From the IMG/VR virus record IMGVR_UViG_2974655483_000001, positions 96,001 to 160,000 of that record: a DNA stretch of 64,000 bases; one strand, written 5' to 3'. The stretch is from a virus (lineage: Duplodnaviria > Caudoviricetes). Below the pieces are notes generated by a model. That model searched no databases, had not been told where the DNA came from, and saw nothing but the letters and a program-made list of their open reading frames with translations. The position numbers were made by a program, and so were the translations under genes. Shown in pieces: positions 39,170 to 48,828 of this stretch; within the stretch, counting starts at the first letter, position 1; each line of letters begins with the position of its first letter.

Positions 39170-39676
39170 TTAGTGTATGATTGAGAGTTCACTTACGAAC
39201 TGACCTGTAGCATTCGTACCAGCTCCACCAGCCGTCAAACTAATTGCACCAGTAGTCCCAATAGTACCTGCTAGAGTTCCAGCAGTTCCTGCAGTTGTGG
39301 AAGTAATGTTGCCGAAGTTTGCTACATCACCAACAGTCACTGCTGCTGCTGGGATTGCATCACCTTGAGTATATGACTGACTGAATGAGAAAGCAGATTC
39401 TGCAGTTCCTTGGACTGCTTCAATAGTACCAGGAGAATAAATTCCACTAGTAATGGTGCCAGCAGAAACAGCATCAGCAGTTGTTCCGTCAGTAGTGCCA
39501 ATGTTGTTGCCTGAGATTGAGAATGTACTACCAAGTCTTGTGACATTAGAAGCAGCAGCATCGACAGTCAGTTGAACACTAGAAGATAATTTATGTGTAA
39601 GGGCACCTGCATTTGCTGCTGGTGCGGTCATCAGTAACATTATGAAGGGTAAAAACCTTTTCATACGATTTACCAA
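39170..39676 (-). CDS. Secreted Thr/Gly/Ala-rich beta protein
   Basis: MKRFLPFIMLLMTAPAANA signal peptide; SSSVQLTVD, FSFSQSYTQGD. Confidence 0.8.
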   Translation of the reverse strand: MVNRMKRFLPFIMLLMTAPAANAGALTHKLSSSVQLTVDAAASNVTRLGSTFSISGNNIGTTDGTTADAVSAGTITSGIYSPGTIEAVQGTAESAFSFSQSYTQGDAIPAAAVTVGDVANFGNITSTTAGTAGTLAGTIGTTGAISLTAGGAGTNATGQFVSELSIIH

Positions 39677-39769
39677 ATAGGTATGTATAGTATGTAGGTG
39701 AGGTATCCCTTACATAGAGGTTCGGGATATTACACAATGCATTAAACTGGATACTTGTTAAATACTACT

Positions 39770-39821
39770 GGTTGCCTTCGGGGACCACACAATACAATCT
39801 CGCTTTATAAGGAGAAGTTAC
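39770..39821 (+). promoter_or_regulatory. hsp20 5' leader: UUCG hairpin plus ROSE-like SD-occluding hairpin (putative RNA thermometer)
   Basis: GGTT-G-CC-TTCG-GG-GACC at 39770-39786; TCTC-G-CTT-tat-AAG-GAGA at 39798-39815; TAAATA promoter at 39759. Confidence 0.6.
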
Positions 39822-40268
39822 ATGGACCTTACTAGATGGACATCGAAAGATGTTGATAAAATTTTTGATGCTGCAAACAGATACAGCGTCGGACTAGATG
39901 ATATCTTTTATCGATTGCATTCATATGGATCGAATCATCCTGGTGGACAATATCCTCCATACAATATCGTCAAAGAATCAAATGTTAAATGGCGTATTGA
40001 ATTAGCACTTGCTGGATGGGATCCAAAAGATGTTGAGGTTACTACTGAGTCAAATATACTCCTAGTAAAATCTGTTGCACCTAAGAATGATGGTGAAGAT
40101 GATGAGTATGTGCATCGTGGATTGTCTTCACGCACCTTCACTAGGGGATTCAACCTGAGTGATGATGTCGAAGTCGGCACAGTCAGTTTCAATAATGGAT
40201 TACTTGTGGTAGAATTACGAAGAATCATTCCTGATCATCAGAAACGAAAGGTTTATGAAATTCAATAG
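39822..40268 (+). CDS. hsp20: Small heat shock protein
   Basis: YPPYNI, IELALAG, YVHRGLSSRTFTR, NGLL. Confidence 0.96.
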   Translation: MDLTRWTSKDVDKIFDAANRYSVGLDDIFYRLHSYGSNHPGGQYPPYNIVKESNVKWRIELALAGWDPKDVEVTTESNILLVKSVAPKNDGEDDEYVHRGLSSRTFTRGFNLSDDVEVGTVSFNNGLLVVELRRIIPDHQKRKVYEIQ

Positions 40269-41220
40269 CAAAGCAATCGCAACAATCGCTGCTGCTGCTC
40301 CTCTAATGGTGGCATGTGGTGGCACATCTACTACATTCAGACTTGATGGAGCAGGTGCTACATTCCCTGCTCCATTGTATCAAGCATGGTTTCAAACCAT
40401 GGCAGGTGAAACTGGTAACCAAGTAAACTATCAAGCAGTTGGTAGTGGTTCTGGTGTCCGTCAATATATTGCTGGTACTGTTGACTTCGGTGCCAGTGAT
40501 GGTGCTGTAAGTGATGAGAAACAAACCATCCCCATGGTCCACATTCCTATGACTGGTGGTGCTATTGTTCCTGCTTACAATATGCCTGGTTGTGATGTCA
40601 AGATGACACAGACACAACTTGCTGATGTGTATCTCGGTAAGATTACTAACTGGTCTACCTTTGGATGTGATAGTAAAACTATCGTTCCTGTCTTCCGTTC
40701 TGATGGTAGTGGCACCACAAAAGGTTTCACTAACTCACTATCAGCATTCTCTCCCGAATGGAAAGAGAATGTGGGCACAGGTAAGGCAGTAAAGTGGCCT
40801 GCTGGTGTTGGTGGTAAAGGTAACTCTGGTGTTGCCGCACAAGTTAAACAAGTTCCTGGTGCCATTGGTTACCTGAACTATGGTTATGTGACTGGTGATA
40901 AGTTTCAACAAGTATCCCTACAAAACAAAGCAGGTAACTATGTCAAAGCAAATGCTGAAACATCTGCGGCAGGTCTATCGCGAATCGTCTTGGACGATCA
41001 GCTTCGTGGTGCTGACGCTAACCCTGCTGGTGCCAATGCATACCCTATTGTCTCCCTTACTTGGGTCCTAGCATACCCTGAGTCTAAGGAAGGTGTAAAG
41101 GAAACTCTTCGTTATATGTTGAGTGAGAAAGCACAGGCAATGTCTGATGGTCTTGGTTATGTCCCTCTTCCAGAGGACCTGAGACAGAAAGCACTTGCTG
41201 CTGTTGAAACTATCAACTGA
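40255..41220 (+). CDS. pstS: Phosphate-binding protein (lipoprotein)
   Basis: Lipobox MVAC; GAGATFP, YQAVGSGSG, DFGASD, RSDGSGTT, YPI. Confidence 0.97.
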   Translation: MKFNSKAIATIAAAAPLMVACGGTSTTFRLDGAGATFPAPLYQAWFQTMAGETGNQVNYQAVGSGSGVRQYIAGTVDFGASDGAVSDEKQTIPMVHIPMTGGAIVPAYNMPGCDVKMTQTQLADVYLGKITNWSTFGCDSKTIVPVFRSDGSGTTKGFTNSLSAFSPEWKENVGTGKAVKWPAGVGGKGNSGVAAQVKQVPGAIGYLNYGYVTGDKFQQVSLQNKAGNYVKANAETSAAGLSRIVLDDQLRGADANPAGANAYPIVSLTWVLAYPESKEGVKETLRYMLSEKAQAMSDGLGYVPLPEDLRQKALAAVETIN

Positions 41221-41245
41221 TTAACTACCTATATAATGTACAACC

Positions 41246-41271
41246 AAAGAGACCTCACGGGGTCTCTTTTT
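41246..41271 (+). terminator. Rho-independent terminator
   Basis: AAAGAGACC-tcacg-GGTCTCTTT plus T-run. Confidence 0.85.
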
Positions 41272-41284
41272 GTTTGGAGTTACT

Positions 41285-41512
41285 ATGAATGTCTATGTAA
41301 ATTTAAAACCGAATACTTACGATGGCGATACTGATCTCTTGACAGTAGAAGTCCCAGCATCTTATACTGAGGAACTTCTAAAGCATGTCAGACCTATCGC
41401 AGAACAAAAGAATATCGACGAAGCCAAAATCCTTAAGGATATTATTAGGGAAGCAGTAAACGAAATTGAAAGGAGGAATTATGAGCGTAAGAATCGTAAG
41501 AACAAGAAGTAA
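41285..41512 (+). CDS. Hypothetical protein
   Basis: GGAG SD before ATG 41285. Confidence 0.65.
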   Translation: MNVYVNLKPNTYDGDTDLLTVEVPASYTEELLKHVRPIAEQKNIDEAKILKDIIREAVNEIERRNYERKNRKNKK

Positions 41513-41831
41513 CGAAGATGTGATCTGTGACCTCTATGAAGTTACAACACAAGAAGAACCAGACAAAGCAGTAGGGTTTCAAATGAAAAATCCGTACTCG
41601 GTCTGGATTTCTGCACCTAAAACATCTACGGTAGTCGAACAAACTGAAGAAGAAGTCACTGCTAAAATCAGTGAACCATCTATTAACTTTGAACCTTGGG
41701 CACCTCTGTCTAAAAACAAAGACCTTATGATGAAACTAGATGAGATTGTTACAGTCTACGAGACTCATGAAGAAATTGAAAGCAAGTACAACCAACTGAT
41801 TGAGGCAGAAAATGGAACAACAGTCGATTAA
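41481..41831 (+). CDS. Conserved hypothetical protein upstream of gp43
   Basis: AGGAGG SD; EDVICD...FEPWAPLS. Confidence 0.7.
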   Translation: MSVRIVRTRSNEDVICDLYEVTTQEEPDKAVGFQMKNPYSVWISAPKTSTVVEQTEEEVTAKISEPSINFEPWAPLSKNKDLMMKLDEIVTVYETHEEIESKYNQLIEAENGTTVD

Positions 41832-42057
41832 GTTAGTTCTTCTGAGAGAAAGAAAAGAATATCTTGTCGGTAGTATTACCGAATTAGATGAAGAACCAAG
41901 TCTCTTGATTGAGAAGTGTATGGAAGTTCTTGAGGATGGAACTCTTAGAGAGTTTCCTCTTCATGCTGAGCAACGTGATTTGTTCTTGACATCCGAGTGT
42001 GTTTTGACTATACTGGATCCAAGTCCTAATGTGCTGGAGACATACAAAAACGCATGA
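41812..42057 (+). CDS. Conserved hypothetical protein upstream of gp43
   Basis: ORF coupled to gp43 by ATGA. Confidence 0.7.
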   Translation: MEQQSIKLVLLRERKEYLVGSITELDEEPSLLIEKCMEVLEDGTLREFPLHAEQRDLFLTSECVLTILDPSPNVLETYKNA

Positions 42058-44552
42058 GTTCGTTTTACACCAACATTCAACTCGCTGGCGATACAATCTT
42101 GTATAGGGGATATGAAGACGGACAACCCGTCTCATATCGAACAAATTTCTCCCCAACACTGTATATTCTTTCTCGCAAAGAAGAAGAGTTTAAGACCCTA
42201 GAGGGTAAGAATGTATCGCCCATACAGTTTCAAACTTCTAGAGAAGCACGAAACTTCATTCAGCAATATGATGGTGTTGAAGGGTTTGAAGTTCATGGAT
42301 ATGAGCGATTCGTATATCAATATATTCGTCGTGAGTTTCCTGATGAAGTCAACTATAACATCAGTCAGATGAAAATCTATGCATTGGATATTGAGGTCCA
42401 GTGTGAGAATGGATTCCCTGATGCCGAAGCAGCAGCAGAAGAAATGCTATCCATCACCATTAAAGATATGGTGACAAAGAAGTATTATAGTTGGGCAACT
42501 CGGGAGTTTGAAGCACCTGAAGGTGTCGAGACACATATCTTCTGGACAGAACATGAAATGCTAAACCATTTTATTAATTGGTGGGTGCAAAATACTCCAG
42601 ATATTTTGACGGGTTGGAATGTGAATCTTTATGATGTTCCATACATTGCTCGTCGGATTAGTCGTGTGCTAGGTGAGAAGTGGATGAAGAGTCTATCGCC
42701 CTGGAACCGTGCAAATGAGAGAGAAGTATATGTCAAGGGACGCAAAAATATTGCTTATGATATCTCTGGTGTCAACATTCTTGACTATCTCGATCTTTAT
42801 CGTAAGTTTACATATACAAACCAAGAATCTTATCGTCTAGATCATATTGCTTTTGTTGAATTGGGTCAAAGAAAACTTGATCACTCTGAGTACGAAAACT
42901 TTAGAGATTTCTATACCAGTGATTGGCAGAAGTTTATGGAGTATAACATCCAAGACGTTGAGTTGATTGACCGACTGGAAGATAAGATGAAGTTGTTGGA
43001 ACTTGCCATCACTATGTCTTATGATGCTAAGGTAAACTTTGAAGATGTTTATAGTCAAGTCCGTATGTGGGACACGATGATCTATAATTATCTAACTGAT
43101 AGAAAAACAGTTGTCCCCGCAAGGAAAGGTGCTAAGAAAGATGAAAAATACGCAGGAGCATATGTCAAGGAACCGATTCCTGGAAAGTATGATTGGGTGG
43201 TGTCTTTTGATCTCAACTCTCTGTATCCTCATCTTATCATGCAGTACAATATCTCGCCCGAAACCTTACTCGATGCGAGGCATCCAACAGCAACAGTTGA
43301 TAAAATACTTAATCAAGAACTAGATATTGATGGGGAGTATTGTGTATGTGCTAACGGTGCTCAGTATCGTAAGGACATCCATGGGTTTCTACCTGAAATA
43401 ATGCAGAAGATCTACGATGAACGAACCATTTACAAAAAGAGGATGCTTGCCGCTAAACAAAATCTTGAACATGCCACCACACCTGCAGAGACCGCATCAT
43501 TACAAAAGGATGTGTCCAAGTTCAACAACATCCAAATGGCAAGAAAAATCCAACTCAACTCTGCCTATGGTGCCATTGGAAACCAATACTTCCGATACTA
43601 CAATCTGGCAAATGCTGAGGCGATTACCCTCTCGGGTCAAGTCTCGATTAGATGGATTGAGGGAAAGGTAAATAGTTACTTAAACAAGTTACTTAAAACC
43701 GAGGATCATGATTATGTTATTGCCTCTGATACTGATAGCATCTACATCTGTCTTGATTTACTTGTCCGTTCTGTATTTCCTTCACAAGATGTTCCTCCAG
43801 AGAGGATTGTTGGATTCCTTGACTCCGCTTGCAAAGAAAGAATCGAACCCTTCATTGAAAAATCCTACCAAGAACTAGCAAATTACGTTAGTGCTTATGA
43901 CCAGAAGATGGTCATGAAGAGAGAGAACATTGCAGACAAAGGTATCTGGACCGCTAAGAAACGATACATCCTTAATGTATGGGATAGTGAGGGAGTTCGT
44001 TATGAGAAACCTAAACTAAAAATCATGGGTTTGGAGGCAGTTAAGTCTTCTACTCCTGGTGCATGTCGCACTGCAATTAAAGAATGTATGATTGTTATTG
44101 TCAATGAAACTGAAGAAGCAGCACAAAAATATATTGCTGACTTCAGAGACAAATTTTCTTCGTTGCCAGTTGAAGACATTTCATTCCCAAGGGGAGTTAA
44201 CGGAATAAATAAATGGTCTAATCCAGCAACGATCTATAGTAAAGGCACACCAATTCATGTGCGTGGTGCGTTGCTTTATAACTTCCATAACAAGAAGAAC
44301 AAACTAACTCACAAGTATCCTCTGATACAAGATGGAGATAAATTAAAGTTTGTTTACTTAAAGACTCCCAACAAAATCGGTGAAAATGTTATTAGTTATT
44401 TGAACACATTTCCCAGAGAGTTAAAGCTTGACAAACAGGTAGACTATGACCTACAATTCTCAAAGTCTTTCCTAGACCCTATTAACGTTATTATGGATAC
44501 GATTGGATGGAAATCAGAAAAAATAGCATCGCTGGAGTTCTTATTCGGATGA
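42054..44552 (+). CDS. gp43: Family B DNA polymerase
   Basis: LDIE exonuclease, SFDLNSLYPH, KIQLNSAYG, DTDS, KKRY. Confidence 0.99.
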   Translation: MSSFYTNIQLAGDTILYRGYEDGQPVSYRTNFSPTLYILSRKEEEFKTLEGKNVSPIQFQTSREARNFIQQYDGVEGFEVHGYERFVYQYIRREFPDEVNYNISQMKIYALDIEVQCENGFPDAEAAAEEMLSITIKDMVTKKYYSWATREFEAPEGVETHIFWTEHEMLNHFINWWVQNTPDILTGWNVNLYDVPYIARRISRVLGEKWMKSLSPWNRANEREVYVKGRKNIAYDISGVNILDYLDLYRKFTYTNQESYRLDHIAFVELGQRKLDHSEYENFRDFYTSDWQKFMEYNIQDVELIDRLEDKMKLLELAITMSYDAKVNFEDVYSQVRMWDTMIYNYLTDRKTVVPARKGAKKDEKYAGAYVKEPIPGKYDWVVSFDLNSLYPHLIMQYNISPETLLDARHPTATVDKILNQELDIDGEYCVCANGAQYRKDIHGFLPEIMQKIYDERTIYKKRMLAAKQNLEHATTPAETASLQKDVSKFNNIQMARKIQLNSAYGAIGNQYFRYYNLANAEAITLSGQVSIRWIEGKVNSYLNKLLKTEDHDYVIASDTDSIYICLDLLVRSVFPSQDVPPERIVGFLDSACKERIEPFIEKSYQELANYVSAYDQKMVMKRENIADKGIWTAKKRYILNVWDSEGVRYEKPKLKIMGLEAVKSSTPGACRTAIKECMIVIVNETEEAAQKYIADFRDKFSSLPVEDISFPRGVNGINKWSNPATIYSKGTPIHVRGALLYNFHNKKNKLTHKYPLIQDGDKLKFVYLKTPNKIGENVISYLNTFPRELKLDKQVDYDLQFSKSFLDPINVIMDTIGWKSEKIASLEFLFG

Positions 44553-44707
44553 AACAGACAAAGTTTATTGTAACCTATCAGAAAGCATTCAGTGCTGGTG
44601 CTGCCAGAGAAGAAAAACTTTTTGATGAATTGAAAGATGCCCAATGGTTTGAGCGTGCTATGAAACGGTCACAACACATCACAACATTATTAGAGGTTAA
44701 AGAGTGA
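44549..44707 (+). CDS. Small hypothetical protein
   Basis: Overlaps gp43 stop and uvsX start. Confidence 0.6.
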   Translation: MKQTKFIVTYQKAFSAGAAREEKLFDELKDAQWFERAMKRSQHITTLLEVKE

Positions 44708-45714
44708 ATTTTCTTAAAGAAGTAGTAAAGGAGATTGACAATGAATATGCAGGATTGGTCAGCGACGGTGTTGCTGCAGGAGATACCAGTGGTTTCATTG
44801 ATACTGGCAGTTATATCTTTAACGCTTTGGTATCTGGCTCAGTCTATGGTGGTGTCCCAGGAAATAAGATTACCGCTATTGCAGGAGAGTCGTCTACTGG
44901 CAAAACTTTCTTTTGCCTTGGGATTGTACAGCATTTTCTCGACAGTAATCCTGATGCAGGTGTAATTTATTTTGAATCTGAATCTGCTATTTCTAAGCAG
45001 ATGATTGAGGATCGTGGTATTGCATCAGACCGTATGATGATTGTACCTGTATCTACCATTGAAGAATTTCGTACACAGTCTTGTCGTATTCTTGACAAGT
45101 ATATGGAGCAGAAGGAAGATGAACGTAAACCTTTGATGTTTGTTCTTGATTCCTTAGGTATGCTTGCTAGTAACAAGGAAGTAGAGGATGTAGCGAACGA
45201 TAAGCAAGTTCGTGATATGACTAAGAGTCAGTTGATTAAAGGTGCCTTCAGGGTCCTTACACTCAAACTAGGCAAGGCAAATGTACCTATGCTGGTCACC
45301 AACCATACCTATGATGTCATTGGTTCCTATGTGCCCATGAAAGAAATGGGTGGCGGTAGTGGTCTCAAGTATGCATCTTCTACTATCATCTATCTGTCTA
45401 AGAAGAAAGAGAAGGATGGCACAGATGTTGTTGGTAACATCATCAAATGTAAAGCACAGAAGTCACGTTTGACCAAAGAGAATAGTCAGATTGAAACTCG
45501 TTTATATTATGATCGTGGTCTTGACAAATACTATGGACTCTTAGAACTTGGTGAGAAGTATGGGATGTGGAAAAATGTTGCTGGTCGATATGAAATGAAC
45601 GGTAAGAAAGTCTATGCCAAGGCAATCTTAAAAGATCCAGAAACATATTTCACTGAGGAAGTAATGCAAGCACTGGATGAAGCAGCAGCAAAGGAGTTCC
45701 GTTATGGCAGCTAA
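44704..45714 (+). CDS. uvsX: RecA-like recombinase
   Basis: [22 protein letters not shown]. Confidence 0.97.
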   Translation: MNFLKEVVKEIDNEYAGLVSDGVAAGDTSGFIDTGSYIFNALVSGSVYGGVPGNKITAIAGESSTGKTFFCLGIVQHFLDSNPDAGVIYFESESAISKQMIEDRGIASDRMMIVPVSTIEEFRTQSCRILDKYMEQKEDERKPLMFVLDSLGMLASNKEVEDVANDKQVRDMTKSQLIKGAFRVLTLKLGKANVPMLVTNHTYDVIGSYVPMKEMGGGSGLKYASSTIIYLSKKKEKDGTDVVGNIIKCKAQKSRLTKENSQIETRLYYDRGLDKYYGLLELGEKYGMWKNVAGRYEMNGKKVYAKAILKDPETYFTEEVMQALDEAAAKEFRYGS

Positions 45715-46270
45715 ACTTGTAGATTATATCAAAACTTATAATGGATTGGTTGATGAACAGTTTTGCAAAAATGTAATTGAAACATTTAGTAAATCTAATG
45801 GCGAATATATTGATAACAACCAGCGACCTTCCTTTACGGAATTAAATATATCTCGTCGTTTTTTGGATAAAGATCCTAACTGGATTGATATCCAAAATAA
45901 TTTGACTAAGGTATTCATTGATGCAGTAGAACTGTACATGGATGATTTGGATTCAGGTCCAGACTTCCCTGAAAAGTATGCATTTGAGGAACATCGTCTC
46001 AAGATGTATCACCCCAATGGATATGATCAGTTTAAAGACCATGTTGATGTTGGAGATTATAAGTCTGCTAGGAGATTTCTAGTTTGCTTTCTATACTTGA
46101 ATACTGTGTCTGAAGGAGGGGAGACATCTTTTCCTAAACTTGACTACCAAATTGCTCCAGAGTGTGCTAAGATACTAGTGTTCCCTGCTACCTGGCAGTG
46201 GAGGCACGCGGGTCTTCCTACAGTCTCCGAGAACAAGTACATCGTTGGAACCTACCTGCATTACGTTTAA
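45704..46270 (+). CDS. 2OG-Fe(II) oxygenase
   Basis: [24 protein letters not shown]...KY. Confidence 0.9.
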   Translation: MAAKLVDYIKTYNGLVDEQFCKNVIETFSKSNGEYIDNNQRPSFTELNISRRFLDKDPNWIDIQNNLTKVFIDAVELYMDDLDSGPDFPEKYAFEEHRLKMYHPNGYDQFKDHVDVGDYKSARRFLVCFLYLNTVSEGGETSFPKLDYQIAPECAKILVFPATWQWRHAGLPTVSENKYIVGTYLHYV

Positions 46271-47655
46271 TGAATTTAGAAGTAACCATTCTCAGTAACC
46301 TCATCTATAACGAGAGGTATACACGCAAGGTACTTCCTTTCATCAAGTCAGACTATTTTACTGCTCGTGAACATAAGATTATCTTCTTAGAGATTCATGA
46401 GTACGTTAGTCAATATGATGCGTGTCCCAGTCTGAATGCAATTGGTATAGAATGTCAGGAACGAATTGATCTTACTGAAGATCAGTTTAAAGAAATTATT
46501 GGAGTTTTAAATGTCCTTTCCGATGATCCCTCGGACTACGATTGGCTCGTTGATACTACAGAAAAGTGGTGTCAGGAGCGTGCGATTTACTTATCTCTTA
46601 TGGAATCTGTCAAGATTGCTGACGGGCAAGATTCCAAGAAAGATAAAGGTGCTATCCCTTCGATTCTTTCGGAGGCACTTGGAGTATCCTTCGACCAACA
46701 TGTAGGACATGATTATGTCTCGGATTCAGAATCCCGATACGAATACTATCACAGGAAAGAAGGTAAGATCCCTTTCGACCTCTCGCTCTTCAACAAAATC
46801 ACAAAGGGTGGTCTACCTAACAAGACTCTTAATATTGCACTCGCTGGCACTGGTGTAGGTAAGAGTTTGTTTATGTGTCATGTTGCTTCTGCTGCATTAC
46901 TTCAAGGTAAAAATGTTTTATACATTACAATGGAGATGGCAGAGGAAAAGATTGCAGAACGAATTGATGCTAATCTTCTTAACATTCCAATCCAGCAACT
47001 TGGTGATCTTCCGAAAGTAATGTTCGATAAGAAGATTGCAAGTCTTGCTAAGAAAACTCAAGGCAAGTTAATTATCAAAGAATATCCTACTGCTTCTGCT
47101 CATGTTGGACATTTTAAGTCTCTTGTTTCTGATCTTGCTCTTAAGCGGAGCATTAAACCCGATATTATCTTTGTGGATTACCTTAATATCTGTGCTTCCC
47201 AGAGATATAAAGGGAGCATTGTCAACTCCTACACCTACGTCAAAGCAATCGCAGAAGAACTTAGGGGTTTTGCTGTGGAGTGTGACGTTCCTATTATCAG
47301 TGCTACGCAGACCACTCGTTCAGGTTTTGGTAGCACTGATGTTGACCTTACTGATACTTCTGAATCCTTCGGACTCCCTGCTACTGCTGATCTTATGTTT
47401 GCCCTTATTAGTACGGAGGAGCTTGAGGGCATGAATCAATTGATGGTCAAGCAATTGAAGAATAGATACAATGATACAAACTCGTTCAAGAGATTTTGTA
47501 TAGGTATTGACAGAGCGAAGATGAGGTTGTATGATGTTGAGGAATCTGCTCAAGACGACCTTGTTAATTCTGGACAAGGCACCGAACCTCAACAGATTGA
47601 TTTAGTTAAAAAATTTACTGCCAAGAAAACATTTCAAGATCTTAAGTATGATTGA
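46270..47655 (+). CDS. gp41: Replicative DNA helicase (DnaB-like)
   Basis: AGTGVGKS, VDYLNI, SESFGLP, KQLKNRY. Confidence 0.98.
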   Translation: MNLEVTILSNLIYNERYTRKVLPFIKSDYFTAREHKIIFLEIHEYVSQYDACPSLNAIGIECQERIDLTEDQFKEIIGVLNVLSDDPSDYDWLVDTTEKWCQERAIYLSLMESVKIADGQDSKKDKGAIPSILSEALGVSFDQHVGHDYVSDSESRYEYYHRKEGKIPFDLSLFNKITKGGLPNKTLNIALAGTGVGKSLFMCHVASAALLQGKNVLYITMEMAEEKIAERIDANLLNIPIQQLGDLPKVMFDKKIASLAKKTQGKLIIKEYPTASAHVGHFKSLVSDLALKRSIKPDIIFVDYLNICASQRYKGSIVNSYTYVKAIAEELRGFAVECDVPIISATQTTRSGFGSTDVDLTDTSESFGLPATADLMFALISTEELEGMNQLMVKQLKNRYNDTNSFKRFCIGIDRAKMRLYDVEESAQDDLVNSGQGTEPQQIDLVKKFTAKKTFQDLKYD

Positions 47656-48049
47656 TTTTATTAAGTATGCCCAATTTGTATCTGCGGTCACGTCGCAAGA
47701 AAGCAAAGACTATACTAGTTTTGCCAACCGAGTCTATGAACTCGCAGAAGATGGTGTTCCTACCGAGCGATTGCTTACTGCTTCTGTAGGTCTTTGTGCA
47801 GAGTCTGGTGAGTTTACTGAGATTGTAAAGAAGATGGTCTTCCAAGGAAAACCTGCTAGTGAAGAAAACTTCTATCATATGAAGCGCGAACTAGGCGACA
47901 TCATGTGGTACTTTATGCAAGCATGTTTGGCACTAGATGTTTCTCCCGAAGAGATTGTTGAAATGAATGTAGAGAAACTCAAAGCACGCTACCCTGGTGG
48001 TGAGTTTGATGTTCGCTACTCCGAAAATCGTAAGCAAGGAGACCTCTGA
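47648..48049 (+). CDS. mazG: MazG-family nucleotide pyrophosphohydrolase
   Basis: ESGEFTEIVKK, RELGDIMWY, KLKARYP. Confidence 0.93.
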   Translation: MIDFIKYAQFVSAVTSQESKDYTSFANRVYELAEDGVPTERLLTASVGLCAESGEFTEIVKKMVFQGKPASEENFYHMKRELGDIMWYFMQACLALDVSPEEIVEMNVEKLKARYPGGEFDVRYSENRKQGDL

Positions 48050-48168
48050 TGGACGGAGCAGTACACGCTTGGAACACCATGTCATACGGGGAGGGGTTCC
48101 TCTTCTCCGTCTGGATCTTGGGAATGTATTATGTCAAACTACAAATGGATAAGAGGTTTGGACGATGA
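48049..48168 (+). CDS. Single-TM microprotein (39 aa)
   Basis: Translated by hand: MDGAVHAWNTMSYGEGFLFSVWILGMYYVKLQMDKRFGR. Confidence 0.6.
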   Translation: MDGAVHAWNTMSYGEGFLFSVWILGMYYVKLQMDKRFGR

Positions 48169-48506
48169 ATTTTACACAAGAAGATCTGTGGCAACAGATT
48201 GCAACCCTTGGATGGGATGTTAGACACGATAAGATTGTGATTGAACTTGGTGGCACAGTAGTTTCTGGAATCCATCAAGGAGAAAATTACAATAAGAAGT
48301 GGGCATCTCCTTTTGGACATCGTAAGTACAATAAGGATGCGTTCATTGTTCTTAAAAATCTATCTCGAAATGACGATACAAAATCACAACCTTTAGACAG
48401 AGAGCACAAACCTCATCATGGAACCCCAACTACCGCAACGACAACCCGAGACACCCCAACAGAAGAGGCAGTTTCGTCAGACAGTAGTGCAAACACAACT
48501 GAATAA
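48165..48506 (+). CDS. Hypothetical protein
   Basis: 113-aa ORF, coupled. Confidence 0.7.
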   Translation: MNFTQEDLWQQIATLGWDVRHDKIVIELGGTVVSGIHQGENYNKKWASPFGHRKYNKDAFIVLKNLSRNDDTKSQPLDREHKPHHGTPTTATTTRDTPTEEAVSSDSSANTTE

Positions 48507-48621
48507 CATTTGTCAATGTGTAAGTGGTAAATGGTATAGAACTCATTACTGGGATCCTGAAGGAAACCGAACGGATAAATTTGTTATTGAGTTTCCACCT
48601 GAAGAGTTTGATGACGTTTGA
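48418..48621 (+). CDS. Hypothetical protein
   Basis: 67-aa ORF overlapping previous. Confidence 0.55.
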   Translation: MEPQLPQRQPETPQQKRQFRQTVVQTQLNNICQCVSGKWYRTHYWDPEGNRTDKFVIEFPPEEFDDV

Positions 48622-48827
48622 TGCTTAGTCTTTGGATTCACATACGAGCATTCTTTGCTGTTGTAGTGGTGAGTTGTTCTCATCCTGTCAACTGGGCACA
48701 GTGTGTTCGTGTGGACCAATGGTTATTGCCTGAGGTTGTTCAGGGATATAAACTATGGACAGGGCAGGAAAAAATCTATGAAAAAGAAGAGCAGTATCTA
48801 AATAGTTTGGATGATTCCATAGAGTAA
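48618..48827 (+). CDS. Hypothetical, possible lipoprotein
   Basis: Hydrophobic N-terminus ending VVSC. Confidence 0.55.
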   Translation: MMLSLWIHIRAFFAVVVVSCSHPVNWAQCVRVDQWLLPEVVQGYKLWTGQEKIYEKEEQYLNSLDDSIE

Positions 48828-48828
48828 G

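Noticed and set aside
38673-39676. Curli (csg) operon assignment for the secreted proteins
   Set aside because: No CsgG or CsgF motifs and no regular curlin N/Q-G repeats recognised.
39677-39770. Pho box upstream of hsp20-pstS
   Set aside because: No tandem TTAA-type repeats at 11-bp spacing could be identified by eye.
11434-41271. Near-identical AAGAGACC...GGTCTCTT hairpins at 11434 and 41246 as mobile-element ends
   Set aside because: Both are intrinsic terminators at gene ends, 30 kb apart, with no transposase or target duplication.
46198-46269. N-terminal extension of gp41 given by the ORF track
   Set aside because: It overlaps the oxygenase gene; ATG 46270, coupled to the upstream TAA, gives the expected N-terminus.
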